Shown here piece by piece: positions 42,035-51,713 of a DNA stretch of 64,000 nucleotides; within the stretch, counting starts at the first letter, position 1; every line of letters starts with the position of its first letter. The notes beneath the pieces are model-generated. The model was not told the origin of the DNA. It saw only the letters and a list, made by a program, of their open reading frames with translations, and ran no database searches. The position numbers and the translations under genes were made by a program. Origin of the DNA: Planctomycetota bacterium (GTDB taxonomy: Bacteria; Planctomycetota; B15-G4); the NCBI GenBank assembly GCA_965248575.1, contig CBDFJQ010000002.1:1760001-1824000 (forward strand), in the 5' to 3' direction.

Positions 42035-44587
42035 TCAGAAGCGGCGGCTCAACTCGAAGCTGAAGGGCCGGGTCTCATCCACATCCTGCTCCGAGAGCAC
42101 GAAGGCCCAATCCATCTTGATCGTGATCCCGCCCAGGGCTGGCAGGCGCAAACGGACGCCGGCCCCGGTGCTGAGGCGCACATCGCTGGTGAGGTCGCTC
42201 CATGAGGTGTCCTCCACCAGGTTGCCCGCATCCACGAACAGCACGCCCTTCATGATGGTCTCGTCCCGATCGCGGAAGGTGTTGTAGTCCGTCACCAGGG
42301 GGAAGATGGCTTCGAGACTGGCCACGGCCGCCAGCTGTCCACCCACGGCATTGCCCCGGTCCTTGTCCAGGACCACGCCTCCACCTGAGATCTTGCGGGT
42401 CTGCTGGTGCGGCCCCACCCCTTGGAAGTCGAAGCCGCGCACCGCGAAGGGCCCCGACCCACCGCCCACGAAGAAGTTCTCGAAGAAGGGCAGCTCGTCG
42501 TCGCTGCCAGTGGCCTCCACCACTCCCACGGACAGGCGCGGGTTCAGCACCCGGATGTTGCCGTCGTCGTCTTCACCAAGGGGCGTGAACCACTCGGCGT
42601 TCCACTGGGCGCGTACGGCATCGACATCACCGCCCAGGGGGCCGCCGACGTTCTCCACCCGCAGGCGCGACGTGAAGCCGTCGGTGGGCTCGAAGAGTGA
42701 GTCCACGTCGTTGTAGATGAGCGCGGCCTCCAACACCTGGCGCGTGTGCCGCCCCTCGTCCTTGGCGAAGTCCGTCGACTCGCCGGTGATGGAGTCCTTG
42801 GCCTCGTCATCGATGTCCGAGATGTCCACCACCTCGAGGCGCGGTCCCAACGAGATCGAGGTCTCGCGATTGAAGCGGTGGTTGAAGAACACTCCCGTGC
42901 CCAAGCTCTCCTGCGTGTACTCGGAGTAGATGCGCAGCCGGTCGTAGAGTTCCACCGTGAGCCCCCACGGGTCCTCCCGACTCTCGTCCAACCAAGGGTC
43001 CTCGAAGACGATGTCGATCTGGGTGGTCTCGGTGCCAGGCACCACCTCGAGGAACAGACGTTGCCCGCCCCCATGGAAGGCCTCGCCGCGCTCGAAGAAC
43101 TCGCGTAGGAAACGGGACCACGAAGAGGAGGCGCGGCTAATGTCGAAGTTCCGCTTGTCCACCGTCACGCCGCCGAAGAGGCCTGAGTCCGAACCCGCCC
43201 CGAGCACGAAGGTGAACACGCCGCTGCTCGCGTCGTCGATGGTCACCACCACGTCGACGTACTCGGGGTCGTCCGTTTCCTGGGTCGAGACGCGCACCTT
43301 GGGCACGCCCGTCAGGTCCGTGAAGTAACCCAGGGCCACGAGGGCATCTTCGCTGTAGCGGATCTCTCGCGTGTCGATGATGTCGCCCGGATAGACCGTC
43401 ATGTAGCGACGCACCACGCCATCCCGGGTGCCGACGTTTCCGTGCACGATCACGTCGCGCACCTTTTTCTGGCGCCCTTCGTTGACCCGCCATTCGAGGT
43501 CCAGCACCGGTTCATCGAGGTCGTAGATCACCTCGGGCCGCACGCTCACATCAATGTATCCGTCTTGCCCGTAGAGCCCGCGCATGCGCCGCAAGACGCG
43601 GCTCACGTCAGGCCTGCGGTACGCGCTTCCCACCGTCAACTCGGATTCCTTGAGAAGCTCTTCCGTGCTGAGCGCCGTATTCCCCGTAACCCGGATGCTG
43701 CGCACGCTGTAGCGCGGCCCCTGCTCCACGAGCAGCGACACCACCACCTCGCTCCGGTCCTCGGACCAGTCCAGACCGTTCAGGGAGACGGCCGCGTCGA
43801 GGTACCCCTCGCGCCGGACGTAGTCCTCCAGGACCAGGATGTCCCGATCGAGCTGGGTGCGCACGAAGTCCTTGCCCACGAGCCAGGACCAGAAGCCGGG
43901 CTGGCTGCGCAGCAGGCTGCGGGCATCGCTCTCGTCGATGGAGGACAAGCCCTCGAGCCGCAGCTCGGAGACCTCGACCTCGGGCCCCTCGAAGACACGC
44001 AGGTAGGCACCGTGCTCGCCTTGCTCGGTGCGCGAACGCTTGACGTCCACCTGCACGAAGGGGAAGCCCTTCGACAGGTAGTACTCTCGGATCAGCGAGC
44101 GCGCAGAGAGCACCTGATCGGGGGTCGCCCCCCGCCCTTCCACCAGACGGGACTCGCCGCGCAGAAGGGAATCGCTGAACTCCTCGTTGCCTTGGATGTC
44201 CACGAAGTCGTTGGGCAGGATGCGCAGCAGCTTGAAGGTGACATGCACCCCACCGGCGGTGGGCTCGGTCAGCACCTCGTCCACGACGATGCCGTAGTTG
44301 TCGTGCAACCAGCGGATGTCGTCGTCGACGCGCTCGGCGCGGTACAGGCTCCCGGGGCCCGTCTTCAGGTTGGAGAGCAACAGGCCGTGGTCGACGAGTA
44401 CGTTGCCTTCGATGGCCACATCGATCACGACGACGCTGTCGTCCTCAGTCTCTTGTAGCGTTGCCGATGCCGTGAGCGGTCCCGGAAGGGGCGCCGCTCC
44501 GAACGCCTGTGGCCCCACCCCCACCACCGCGAAGAGCGAGACCACCAGCACACACAGGGTGCGCGCGCACGACCAGCAGCAGCTCAT
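42035..44587 (-). CDS. bamA: Outer membrane protein assembly factor (Omp85)
   Basis: Signal peptide, POTRA-like repeats (GN..., Y...GY/F, V.EG), beta-barrel with FFVGG..VRGF and terminal Phe; upstream of lpxD. Confidence 0.9.
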   Translation of the reverse strand: MSCCWSCARTLCVLVVSLFAVVGVGPQAFGAAPLPGPLTASATLQETEDDSVVVIDVAIEGNVLVDHGLLLSNLKTGPGSLYRAERVDDDIRWLHDNYGIVVDEVLTEPTAGGVHVTFKLLRILPNDFVDIQGNEEFSDSLLRGESRLVEGRGATPDQVLSARSLIREYYLSKGFPFVQVDVKRSRTEQGEHGAYLRVFEGPEVEVSELRLEGLSSIDESDARSLLRSQPGFWSWLVGKDFVRTQLDRDILVLEDYVRREGYLDAAVSLNGLDWSEDRSEVVVSLLVEQGPRYSVRSIRVTGNTALSTEELLKESELTVGSAYRRPDVSRVLRRMRGLYGQDGYIDVSVRPEVIYDLDEPVLDLEWRVNEGRQKKVRDVIVHGNVGTRDGVVRRYMTVYPGDIIDTREIRYSEDALVALGYFTDLTGVPKVRVSTQETDDPEYVDVVVTIDDASSGVFTFVLGAGSDSGLFGGVTVDKRNFDISRASSSWSRFLREFFERGEAFHGGGQRLFLEVVPGTETTQIDIVFEDPWLDESREDPWGLTVELYDRLRIYSEYTQESLGTGVFFNHRFNRETSISLGPRLEVVDISDIDDEAKDSITGESTDFAKDEGRHTRQVLEAALIYNDVDSLFEPTDGFTSRLRVENVGGPLGGDVDAVRAQWNAEWFTPLGEDDDGNIRVLNPRLSVGVVEATGSDDELPFFENFFVGGGSGPFAVRGFDFQGVGPHQQTRKISGGGVVLDKDRGNAVGGQLAAVASLEAIFPLVTDYNTFRDRDETIMKGVLFVDAGNLVEDTSWSDLTSDVRLSTGAGVRLRLPALGGITIKMDWAFVLSEQDVDETRPFSFELSRRF

Positions 44588-44616
44588 GTCAGGGACACCG
44601 TCGGAAGGGGCCGTCG

Positions 44617-46014
44617 CTAGAGCACGGGAGCCGACCCACCAGAAGGCGGGGGCACCTCCGCAGGGTCCGGGAATCGGTGGGCATTGTCGAAGCGCATCAT
44701 GTTGGCGTGGAAGTTCAGCTCGACGGTGCCGGTCGGGCCGTTCCTGTTCTTGGCGATGATCACTTCCGCAGTGCCCTTGGATGCCACATCCTCGGGCTCA
44801 TAGTAGTCGTGGCGGTAGAGCAGCATGATGGCGTCAGCATCCTGCTCGATGGAACCCGATTCACGCAGATCACCCATCATGGGGCGCTTGTTGGTACGCG
44901 ATTCCACACCACGGTTGAGCTGACTCAGGGCGATCACGGGGATCTTCAGCTCACGGGCGAGCTGCTTCAGGGAGCCCGACAAGCGCGAGATCTCGAGCTG
45001 ACGACTCTCCACCTGGGTGCCCAGGGACAGTAGCTGCAGGTAGTCCACTGCCACCAGCTGGATATCCATGCGCGACTTGAGACGACGGGCCTTGGCGCGC
45101 AGGCGCGTCATGGTCATGCCGGGTGTGTCATCGATGTAGAGCGGCGCTTGGGCCAGGCGCCCTGCAGCCAGCGGCACCTTGGCGTACTCGTCATTGGACA
45201 GCTCGCCGCGCATGAGCCGGTGGGCATCCACTCGCGCGTTGGAGCAGAGCATGTTCTCCGCCACCTGCTCCTTGGTGACTTCCAAGGTGAAGAGGGCGGC
45301 CGGCAGCTGGTCGCGGATGCAGATGTTGTCGAGCAGGCTGGTGGTGAAGCTCGACTTCCCCATGGAGGGGCGGCCGGCGATGATGTAGAGCGCGCCGGGA
45401 GCCAGGCCGTTGATGACTTTGTCGAGGTCCGTGAAGTGGGTGTTGAGCCCGCCAGTCACCGTCCGGCCGTCCGCCTCCTGCAGCTGGTCCACCTTCAGCA
45501 TGGCGTGCTTGGCCAGGTCCATGAGCGTCGCGCCGGACTCTTCCCCGCGGCCTTGGGCGATGGAGAAGATTGCCTGCTCGGCCTTGTCCAACAAGCCGTC
45601 CACATCGGTCACGGAATCGGCATAGGAATCGCGCAGGATCTCTTGTGCCGCCTGGACGAGGCGCCGCTTCTCGGCAGCAGACCGCACCAGGGCCGCGTAG
45701 GACATGGCGTGCGCGGACGAGGGCACCGACTCCATCAAGCCCACCAGGGCATCCACCCCACCCACCGACTCGAGCTTGTCCGTGGTGCGCAGGGCGTTGG
45801 TGGCGATGACCAGATCGACCGGCTCGTTGCGATCGAAGAGGTCAGCCAACACACGGAAGATCTCCGCGTGCGCCGGCATGTAGAAATCCTCGGCGCCGAG
45901 CTGTAGCAGGATGTCACCGATCGTGGCACGGTCGAGCAGCATCGCGCCCAGGACGCACTGCTCCGCCTCGATGTTCTGGGGCGGAAGGTGATCGGGAATG
46001 GCGCCGGTTTCCAC
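44617..46014 (-). CDS. dnaB: Replicative DNA helicase
   Basis: PPQNIEAEQCVLGAML, GRPSMGKS, VDYLQL, LSQLNR, DLRESGSIEQDAD, IIAKNRNGPTG. GTG 46014 with GGAGGA SD. No intein. Confidence 0.97.
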   Translation of the reverse strand: METGAIPDHLPPQNIEAEQCVLGAMLLDRATIGDILLQLGAEDFYMPAHAEIFRVLADLFDRNEPVDLVIATNALRTTDKLESVGGVDALVGLMESVPSSAHAMSYAALVRSAAEKRRLVQAAQEILRDSYADSVTDVDGLLDKAEQAIFSIAQGRGEESGATLMDLAKHAMLKVDQLQEADGRTVTGGLNTHFTDLDKVINGLAPGALYIIAGRPSMGKSSFTTSLLDNICIRDQLPAALFTLEVTKEQVAENMLCSNARVDAHRLMRGELSNDEYAKVPLAAGRLAQAPLYIDDTPGMTMTRLRAKARRLKSRMDIQLVAVDYLQLLSLGTQVESRQLEISRLSGSLKQLARELKIPVIALSQLNRGVESRTNKRPMMGDLRESGSIEQDADAIMLLYRHDYYEPEDVASKGTAEVIIAKNRNGPTGTVELNFHANMMRFDNAHRFPDPAEVPPPSGGSAPVL

Positions 46015-46200
46015 TTCTGGTCCTCCCACCGACACCCCGGGAAGCTGAAGGGAGGCCGATTGACTGCGTTGAAAGGGAGGCGCTCCCCAACCCGAGGCGC
46101 GCGAGGCAGACATCCTATCAGCCGGGCGCGAAGGGACTCCAGTGACGCCGCGCAGTCCTGGCGAATCCCGTCCCAGGGTCGATGCCTGCACGGCCCGACC

Positions 46201-47931
46201 TCAATCCGGGCTCGTCAATTCCAACGAGAGCAGACGGTAGCTACCCATGCGCAGGCGCCCCGAGTACGAGGTCACCACATCCCGCTCCGCCTCGAGGAAG
46301 ATCTCGTGTGCGTGGCGTTGCCCAGCGGAGTCGGCGGGGTGCGGGATCTGGAAGCGCAGCAGCTGGGCGTCTCCCTGTTCCAGCGTCCAAGAACCCAGCG
46401 CTTGCCCGTCGCAGGACACCCGGCCCTCCAGGGGCAACAAGTCCGGGCGTTCAGCCAGGGGAGCCACGCGCAATTCGAGCTGGGCCCCCGGGCCGGAGCA
46501 GGCCAGCAAGGCGCGCAGATGCCGCGCAGCCTGGCGACCTGCCGCCAGGCCCCCATACAACTGCTGCATGCCCACTCCCTGTGCCGTGTCCAAGCGGGAT
46601 TGCAGGGCAGCCAGATCGGCGCTCCGATGGGCGGCACTTCGCTCGATCCAGGCGTCCGGCCCCAGTTCGCTGGCGCGAGCGTCCGCGTACAGCGCGGGCA
46701 CCGCCGGCAGTCTTTCCAGAGCGTCGTCGGCCCCGGCGACCCAGCCCCGCGCCAGGAGCTCCCGGGCAACCCAAGTGGCAAAGACAGCGTGCGTCTCCGC
46801 GCTGGGATGCGGATTGGTCGGCAAGGTGAAGCGCCGATCCGTCTTGGCCAGCAGGGGCAGGACCGGCAGCGGCTGGCCGCCGTCGCGGGCCAGGCGGCTC
46901 CACAAGTGCCAGCTGTAACGCGCCTCGCTGTACTGCAGGAGCATCAGCTGCGTGCCCTGGGACGTCAGCACCTGCTCCAGCTGGCGGATGCTCGCAGCGT
47001 TCTCGTCGTAGCGTCGCGCGGACTCCGCCGAGAGATCGGCCTCCAGCACTTCCGGCCCCAGGTCCTCCTCGCGTGCGTCCCCGGCTGCTCCACGACTCTG
47101 CAGGCGCCCCATCAGATCCAGCACCACGAAGTGGTTCTGGTCGGTGCTCACGGTCAGGAAGGGGTCGGGGGTCGCCACGTCCGGCAGCTCCCGGCGATGC
47201 CCGCTTTCCGCCACGCCGTAGCCATTCGCGAGGTCGTTGTCGATGGGCATGTAGAGCACGATGTCCGCCGGCAACTCGTCCTGGTGGTCGAGCAGGAAGT
47301 TCACCGCGTTGCGGTGGTTCCAACCCGGGATCGCCACGGTGCGGCAAACGACAGCGGGGCCGTCCGGGCCGAGTGCAGCAGCCAACTGTTGCTCGAGTTG
47401 ATGGGCCAGGGTCTGCTCGTCGCGGACTCCCCAACCGAAGGCGACGGAATCGCCCAGGACCAGAATTCGCAGCGTGTTCTGCGGCGTGATTTCGCCCGAG
47501 ACTTCCTGCGCGGGGAGCGACTCGGCGTTGGGCCGCACTCGGAGGCCCAAGCTGTCTGTGTGCACCGGCACCCCGAACACCTCAAGCGTGCTGTTGGGCT
47601 TCAGGTGGAAGCCTACGAGCGGGTCTTCGTGCACCCGCCACGGCCCGGGGGTCTGGGACGCCGCCAACCAACGGTCCCGCTCGGTGGCTGCCATCCACTC
47701 CCGGACGTCTGCCGGCCCGCCCCACAACTCAGCCAAGGAGCGACCGGCAAGCAACGACAGCAAGCCTTCGGCCAGGAACACGAACAGGAGCAGCGAGCCG
47801 AAGGCCAGGCCCAGCGTGGCAACCCGTGAACGAGAGCCTACGCGTGAACGAGAGCCGGCACCGGAGCGGGCTCCGGTGCCGGTCTCGGGCTGTGCTTGTC
47901 CGGCGGCCGACTCCCGGCCGCTCGAACTCAC
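46201..47931 (-). CDS. Membrane-anchored SGNH/GDSL hydrolase-like protein
   Basis: TM segment LAFGSLLLFVFLAEGLL; LGDSVAFGWG; AIPGWN; DNDL; NPHPS. GTGA overlap with the rplI stop. Confidence 0.75.
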   Translation of the reverse strand: MSSSGRESAAGQAQPETGTGARSGAGSRSRVGSRSRVATLGLAFGSLLLFVFLAEGLLSLLAGRSLAELWGGPADVREWMAATERDRWLAASQTPGPWRVHEDPLVGFHLKPNSTLEVFGVPVHTDSLGLRVRPNAESLPAQEVSGEITPQNTLRILVLGDSVAFGWGVRDEQTLAHQLEQQLAAALGPDGPAVVCRTVAIPGWNHRNAVNFLLDHQDELPADIVLYMPIDNDLANGYGVAESGHRRELPDVATPDPFLTVSTDQNHFVVLDLMGRLQSRGAAGDAREEDLGPEVLEADLSAESARRYDENAASIRQLEQVLTSQGTQLMLLQYSEARYSWHLWSRLARDGGQPLPVLPLLAKTDRRFTLPTNPHPSAETHAVFATWVARELLARGWVAGADDALERLPAVPALYADARASELGPDAWIERSAAHRSADLAALQSRLDTAQGVGMQQLYGGLAAGRQAARHLRALLACSGPGAQLELRVAPLAERPDLLPLEGRVSCDGQALGSWTLEQGDAQLLRFQIPHPADSAGQRHAHEIFLEAERDVVTSYSGRLRMGSYRLLSLELTSPD

Positions 47932-48527
47932 GCGTCGGCCGTGGCCGCAGCTTGACCGTCAGAGGAAGGCGCCTCGCCTCCACTCTCGGCAGCCGAGCCC
48001 GACTCCGCGTCGTCCGCGGCTTCGTCGTCCGCGTCCTCGGCATGCTCGTCGTAACCCATGGCCTCGATGCGCGTGCCCTCCATGTCGATGGGCACCACGT
48101 CGACCTTCACGATCACATTGATCTCGCCGTAGAGATGCAGCGGCACGTCGTGCACACCGGCATCCTTGAGGTGGGCCGTCAGGCGCACCGCGCGTTGCGG
48201 CACATCCCAACCAGCCGCCACGATGGCGAGATGGATGTCCTTCTCGGTGACCGAACCAAAGAGGTGACCCTCTTCGGTGGCGCGAGCCGTGACTTCGACT
48301 TCCAAGCCTTTGAGCTTTTCGGCCAGCACCTCCATGGAGGTGACGAGCGCGCGCTCTTCGGCTTCGGCCTTGGCCTGCAACTTGCCGAGCATGCGCAGGC
48401 TGTCCTCGGTGCGGACGGCAGCCAGGCGCTGGGGCAGGAGGTAGTTACGGGCATAGCCGTTCTTGACGTTCACCTGGTCGCCCGGCCGTCCAAGGCCGTC
48501 GACTGATTCCAGCAGGATGAGCTTCAT
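47928..48527 (-). CDS. rplI: 50S ribosomal protein bL9 with acidic tail
   Basis: MKLILLESVDGLG..GDQVNVKNGYARNYLLP, GHLFGSVT. Confidence 0.97.
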   Translation of the reverse strand: MKLILLESVDGLGRPGDQVNVKNGYARNYLLPQRLAAVRTEDSLRMLGKLQAKAEAEERALVTSMEVLAEKLKGLEVEVTARATEEGHLFGSVTEKDIHLAIVAAGWDVPQRAVRLTAHLKDAGVHDVPLHLYGEINVIVKVDVVPIDMEGTRIEAMGYDEHAEDADDEAADDAESGSAAESGGEAPSSDGQAAATADA

Positions 48528-48565
48528 GTCTGGGGCAGCTTTCTAAAGTGTCAGCAAGCTTTCGC

Positions 48566-49153
48566 TTAGCGACCGACGAACGGGAGGAGGGCCATGTTGC
48601 GGGCCCGGAACACAGCCGTGCGCAGTCGACGCTGGCTCTTGGCTTCAAGGTTGCTACGGACACGGGAGAACAACTTGCCCTGAGCCGAAACCATGCGGCG
48701 CAAAACGAAGGGGTTCTTGTAGTCGAGCAGGTCCCAGATCTTGCGGGTTTCCTCGCCATCCCGACCCAGCTCGGCCGAGGTGTCGCCTTCGAAGCGACGG
48801 CCTGAGCGGGAGGCGGGCTCGGAGAGGGGCTCGGGCAGCCCGTCTTCGTCGGGCAGCGCGTCGATGGCAATCGACATGAAACGCAGGCAGCGCTCGGACA
48901 GCTTCACCTCGCGGTTCAGCTCGTCGATCGTGGCCGACTCACCTGAGAAGTAGCAGATGATGTAGGTGCCGGTCTGGTTGCCCTGGATCGGGTAAGCCAG
49001 CTTGCGGTTCGCCCACAGCATGGAGTGGGCGATGGTGCCGCCGACTTTCTCGATGAGCTTACGGACGACTTCTTCGGGGGTGTCCGGCTCCCCTTCGTCC
49101 TCCCCGCGGTTGTCGCGGTTGTGGAGGATGAACATTCCTTCGTAGTGCTTCAC
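48566..49153 (-). CDS. rpsF: Fused 30S ribosomal proteins bS6-bS18 (single 195-aa ORF)
   Basis: N-terminal S6 (HYEGMFIL, W.NRKLAYPI, G.Y, LRF), acidic linker, then S18 core (DYKN..L, QGKL.SR, QR.L..AV.RAR.MALLPF). GTG start after GAGAGG. Confidence 0.9.
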   Translation of the reverse strand: MKHYEGMFILHNRDNRGEDEGEPDTPEEVVRKLIEKVGGTIAHSMLWANRKLAYPIQGNQTGTYIICYFSGESATIDELNREVKLSERCLRFMSIAIDALPDEDGLPEPLSEPASRSGRRFEGDTSAELGRDGEETRKIWDLLDYKNPFVLRRMVSAQGKLFSRVRSNLEAKSQRRLRTAVFRARNMALLPFVGR

Positions 49154-49345
49154 GGATTGACCTCTCGGATCTGGATCCACTGGACGGTTGAACAGCCCGA
49201 CGCCCGAACAGGCCGCCGAACAAACAGTAGTGAAACCGGACCAGCCGCTATGCCCTCGCGGGAGCGTGCTTCTGGCCTGGGATGCAGAACCGCACACCGT
49301 AGCGAGTGCTCCTGCCTGCGGCAAGGGCCCGGAAGCTCTCCTGGA

Positions 49346-49933
49346 TCAGGCCGGCGGGACGTTGGCCTTGTTCATCAGGGCTTCCAGGTCGCCATCCCCC
49401 AGCCAGTCCTCCAGGTGGTTCGTCGCCCGCTGCAGCATCTCGTCGACCAGCGGACGCTCGGCGCGCTTGAAGGGCTTCAGGACGAACACCTCGGTGGGCA
49501 TCCGGCTGGGTTCGCCGATCCCCAGACGCAGGCGCGGCACCGGATGGTCAGGCAGCATCTCGATCACCGACGCCAGGCCGTTCTGGCCGCCTGAGGAGCC
49601 CTTGAGGCGACAGCGCATCTTGCCCAGCGGCAGGTGGAAATCATCGCAGAGCACAAGCAGCTGAAGAGGCCCAGCCGCTTCGGCAGCTGGATCAGCGGCC
49701 AGCTCCTGGACCAGATCCCGGGCCGCGCGGCCGGAGCGGTTCATGAAGGTGGTGGGTTTCGCCAGCACGAAGGGCCGCCCTCCCACCTCGCCGCGCGCCA
49801 CCAACGAGCGCCCGCGCTGGATAAAGGGACGCCCCAGGCGCGTCGCCAGCAGGTCGAGCAGCTCGAAGCCGACGTTGTGCCGGGTGCCCTCGTACTCTGC
49901 GCCGGGGTTGCCCAGACCAAGGATCAGCTGCAC
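49346..49933 (-). CDS. pth: Peptidyl-tRNA hydrolase
   Basis: GLGNPGAEYEGTRHNVGF, KPTTFMNRSG, DD, GSSGGQNGL, RLRLGIG. Confidence 0.96.
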   Translation of the reverse strand: MQLILGLGNPGAEYEGTRHNVGFELLDLLATRLGRPFIQRGRSLVARGEVGGRPFVLAKPTTFMNRSGRAARDLVQELAADPAAEAAGPLQLLVLCDDFHLPLGKMRCRLKGSSGGQNGLASVIEMLPDHPVPRLRLGIGEPSRMPTEVFVLKPFKRAERPLVDEMLQRATNHLEDWLGDGDLEALMNKANVPPA

Positions 49934-50038
49934 AGCGTGCTCCAGAAAAGCGACCCGGGCAGTGGGACGCGTGCACAGCGAGGGTGGCCCCGAGCACTAC
50001 CGGAGACCACCCCCGCCCAGGAAATTCGCGAAACCCGA

Positions 50039-50689
50039 CTAGCTGTCGCCGTCGGCCTTTTCGCCCTCTTCCTTCTTCTCGCCTTCCTCGCCCTCGGCTG
50101 CCTCCTCGGACTCTTCGTCCTCGGCAACGTTGGTACGCGGCGGAACCACGGCCACCACCTGCTCACCCGCAGCAATCTGGCCCTCGTCCAGGGTGACGCC
50201 CTCAGGCAACTGGATCTCGCCAGCATGCAGGGACTCGCTCATGTCCAGCCCGGAGACCTCCACCACGATCGTGTCGGGGATGGAGTCTGCCCGGCAGTTC
50301 ACGGCCAGCGCGGGGTGGTGAATGATCTGCGTGCCGCCAGCGGCAACGCCGATGGGATCGCCGCGGAACTCCAGCGCCACTTCCACCGAGACCTGCTCGG
50401 ACAGGTCGATGCGCGCGAAGTCCACGTGCAGCACGTACTGACCGAAGGTGTCGTACTGGACTTCCTTCACCAGGCAGGACTCGTTCTTGCCGTCGATCTC
50501 CAGGTTGAACACCTGGTCCGTCGTGGCGAAGGCGAGGCCCAACGCGTGGGCATCGACGGTGCGCTCGAGGTTGCCTTGGCCGTGGCCGTAGATGATCACC
50601 GGGATGTTGCCGGCGGCGCGCTCCTGGCGAGCGACGCGGGAACCGGACCCACTGCGGGCCTGGGTCGTAAGGACTGTGGGAGTGCTCAT
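50039..50689 (-). CDS. rplY: 50S ribosomal protein bL25 / Ctc form
   Basis: R..G.IPVIIYG, KEVQYD, LHVDF, G.P.GV..GG; acidic tail; located between prs and pth. Confidence 0.95.
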   Translation of the reverse strand: MSTPTVLTTQARSGSGSRVARQERAAGNIPVIIYGHGQGNLERTVDAHALGLAFATTDQVFNLEIDGKNESCLVKEVQYDTFGQYVLHVDFARIDLSEQVSVEVALEFRGDPIGVAAGGTQIIHHPALAVNCRADSIPDTIVVEVSGLDMSESLHAGEIQLPEGVTLDEGQIAAGEQVVAVVPPRTNVAEDEESEEAAEGEEGEKKEEGEKADGDS

Positions 50690-50762
50690 GATTCTCTCGG
50701 AACTGAGGTGACGTCCGCTGCGAGAAGCCGCGACACGCCAAGGTTTGGGATGCGGTTGAGTG

Positions 50763-51713
50763 CTACTCGACGAACAGGGAACTCACCGAGCGACACACGT
50801 GAATGCGATGGATGGCCTCGGCCAAGAGGCTGGCCACGGAGAGGACCTCGATGACGTCTGGGTAATCGGAGTGGGGGCAGACGGTGTCTGTCACGAAGAC
50901 CTTCTCGACACCGGCGTTGGCCAGGCGTTCCAGGGCGGAGCCGGCGAAGACACCATGCGTCGCTGCCAGGTACACCTTGTTGGCGCCGTGGGCCTTCACC
51001 ATTCGGGCGGCGTTGGTGATGGTGCCCGCCGTGGCGATCATGTCGTCGACCAGGATCGCATCGTGGCCGTCCACCTCGCCGATGAGGTGCTCGGACGTCG
51101 TCTGCTCGGGGCCCATGCGGCGCTTGTCGACGATGGCGAAGCGGCAACCCAGCATGCTGCTGAAGGCGCGCGCCATCTTGATGCCGCCTGCGTCCGGCGC
51201 GACGATCGTGATCTTCTCGGGGTTGAAGGACTTCTTGAACAGGTCGCGGAAGACGGGCTTCGCGTAGAGGTGGTCCACCGGCACGTTGAAGAAACCCTGG
51301 ATCTGGGGCGCGTGCAAGTCCATGGCGATCACGCGGTCCACGCCGGACACCGTGAGCAGATCCGCCACCAGCTTGGCCGTGATGGGCACGCGACCTTCGT
51401 CCTTGCGGTCCTTGCGGGCGTAGCCGAAGTAGGGCATGACGGCCGTGATGCGACCGACCGACGAGCGCTTGCAGCAGTCGACGAGCGCCAACAGCTCCAC
51501 CAGGTTGTCGTTCACCGGCGGGCAGGTGGGTTGGATGATGAACACGTCCTTGCCGCGCACATCCTCGCCCAGCTTGACGTCCACCTCTCCGTCAGGAAAG
51601 CGACCCACATGCGCCTTGCAGAGCGGCTGCTCAAGGATGTCTGAAATGCGCTCGGCCAGCTTGGTGTGGGCGGAGCCCGCCAAGAGAGCCAATCCGTTGT
51701 AGAGCGTCATCAT
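50763..51713 (-). CDS. prs: Ribose-phosphate pyrophosphokinase
   Basis: FPDGE, VRGKDVFIIQ, PYFGYARKDRK, DLHAPQIQGFF, APDAGG, LVDDMIATAGT, ATHGVF. Confidence 0.97.
   Translation of the reverse strand: MMTLYNGLALLAGSAHTKLAERISDILEQPLCKAHVGRFPDGEVDVKLGEDVRGKDVFIIQPTCPPVNDNLVELLALVDCCKRSSVGRITAVMPYFGYARKDRKDEGRVPITAKLVADLLTVSGVDRVIAMDLHAPQIQGFFNVPVDHLYAKPVFRDLFKKSFNPEKITIVAPDAGGIKMARAFSSMLGCRFAIVDKRRMGPEQTTSEHLIGEVDGHDAILVDDMIATAGTITNAARMVKAHGANKVYLAATHGVFAGSALERLANAGVEKVFVTDTVCPHSDYPDVIEVLSVASLLAEAIHRIHVCRSVSSLFVE

Noticed and set aside
44617..46014. Intein in DnaB
   Set aside because: The length (~465 aa) is normal and the helicase motifs are contiguous.
47825..47856. 14-bp direct repeat CGTGAACGAGAGCC at 18-bp period
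   Set aside because: In-frame duplication (GSRSR twice) in a disordered N-terminus; no sign of an att or target-site duplication.
49154..49345. S6:S18 autoregulatory leader RNA upstream of the fusion
   Set aside because: CCG triplets and short stems are present, but I could not fit the known hairpin consensus by eye; a covariance-model search is needed.
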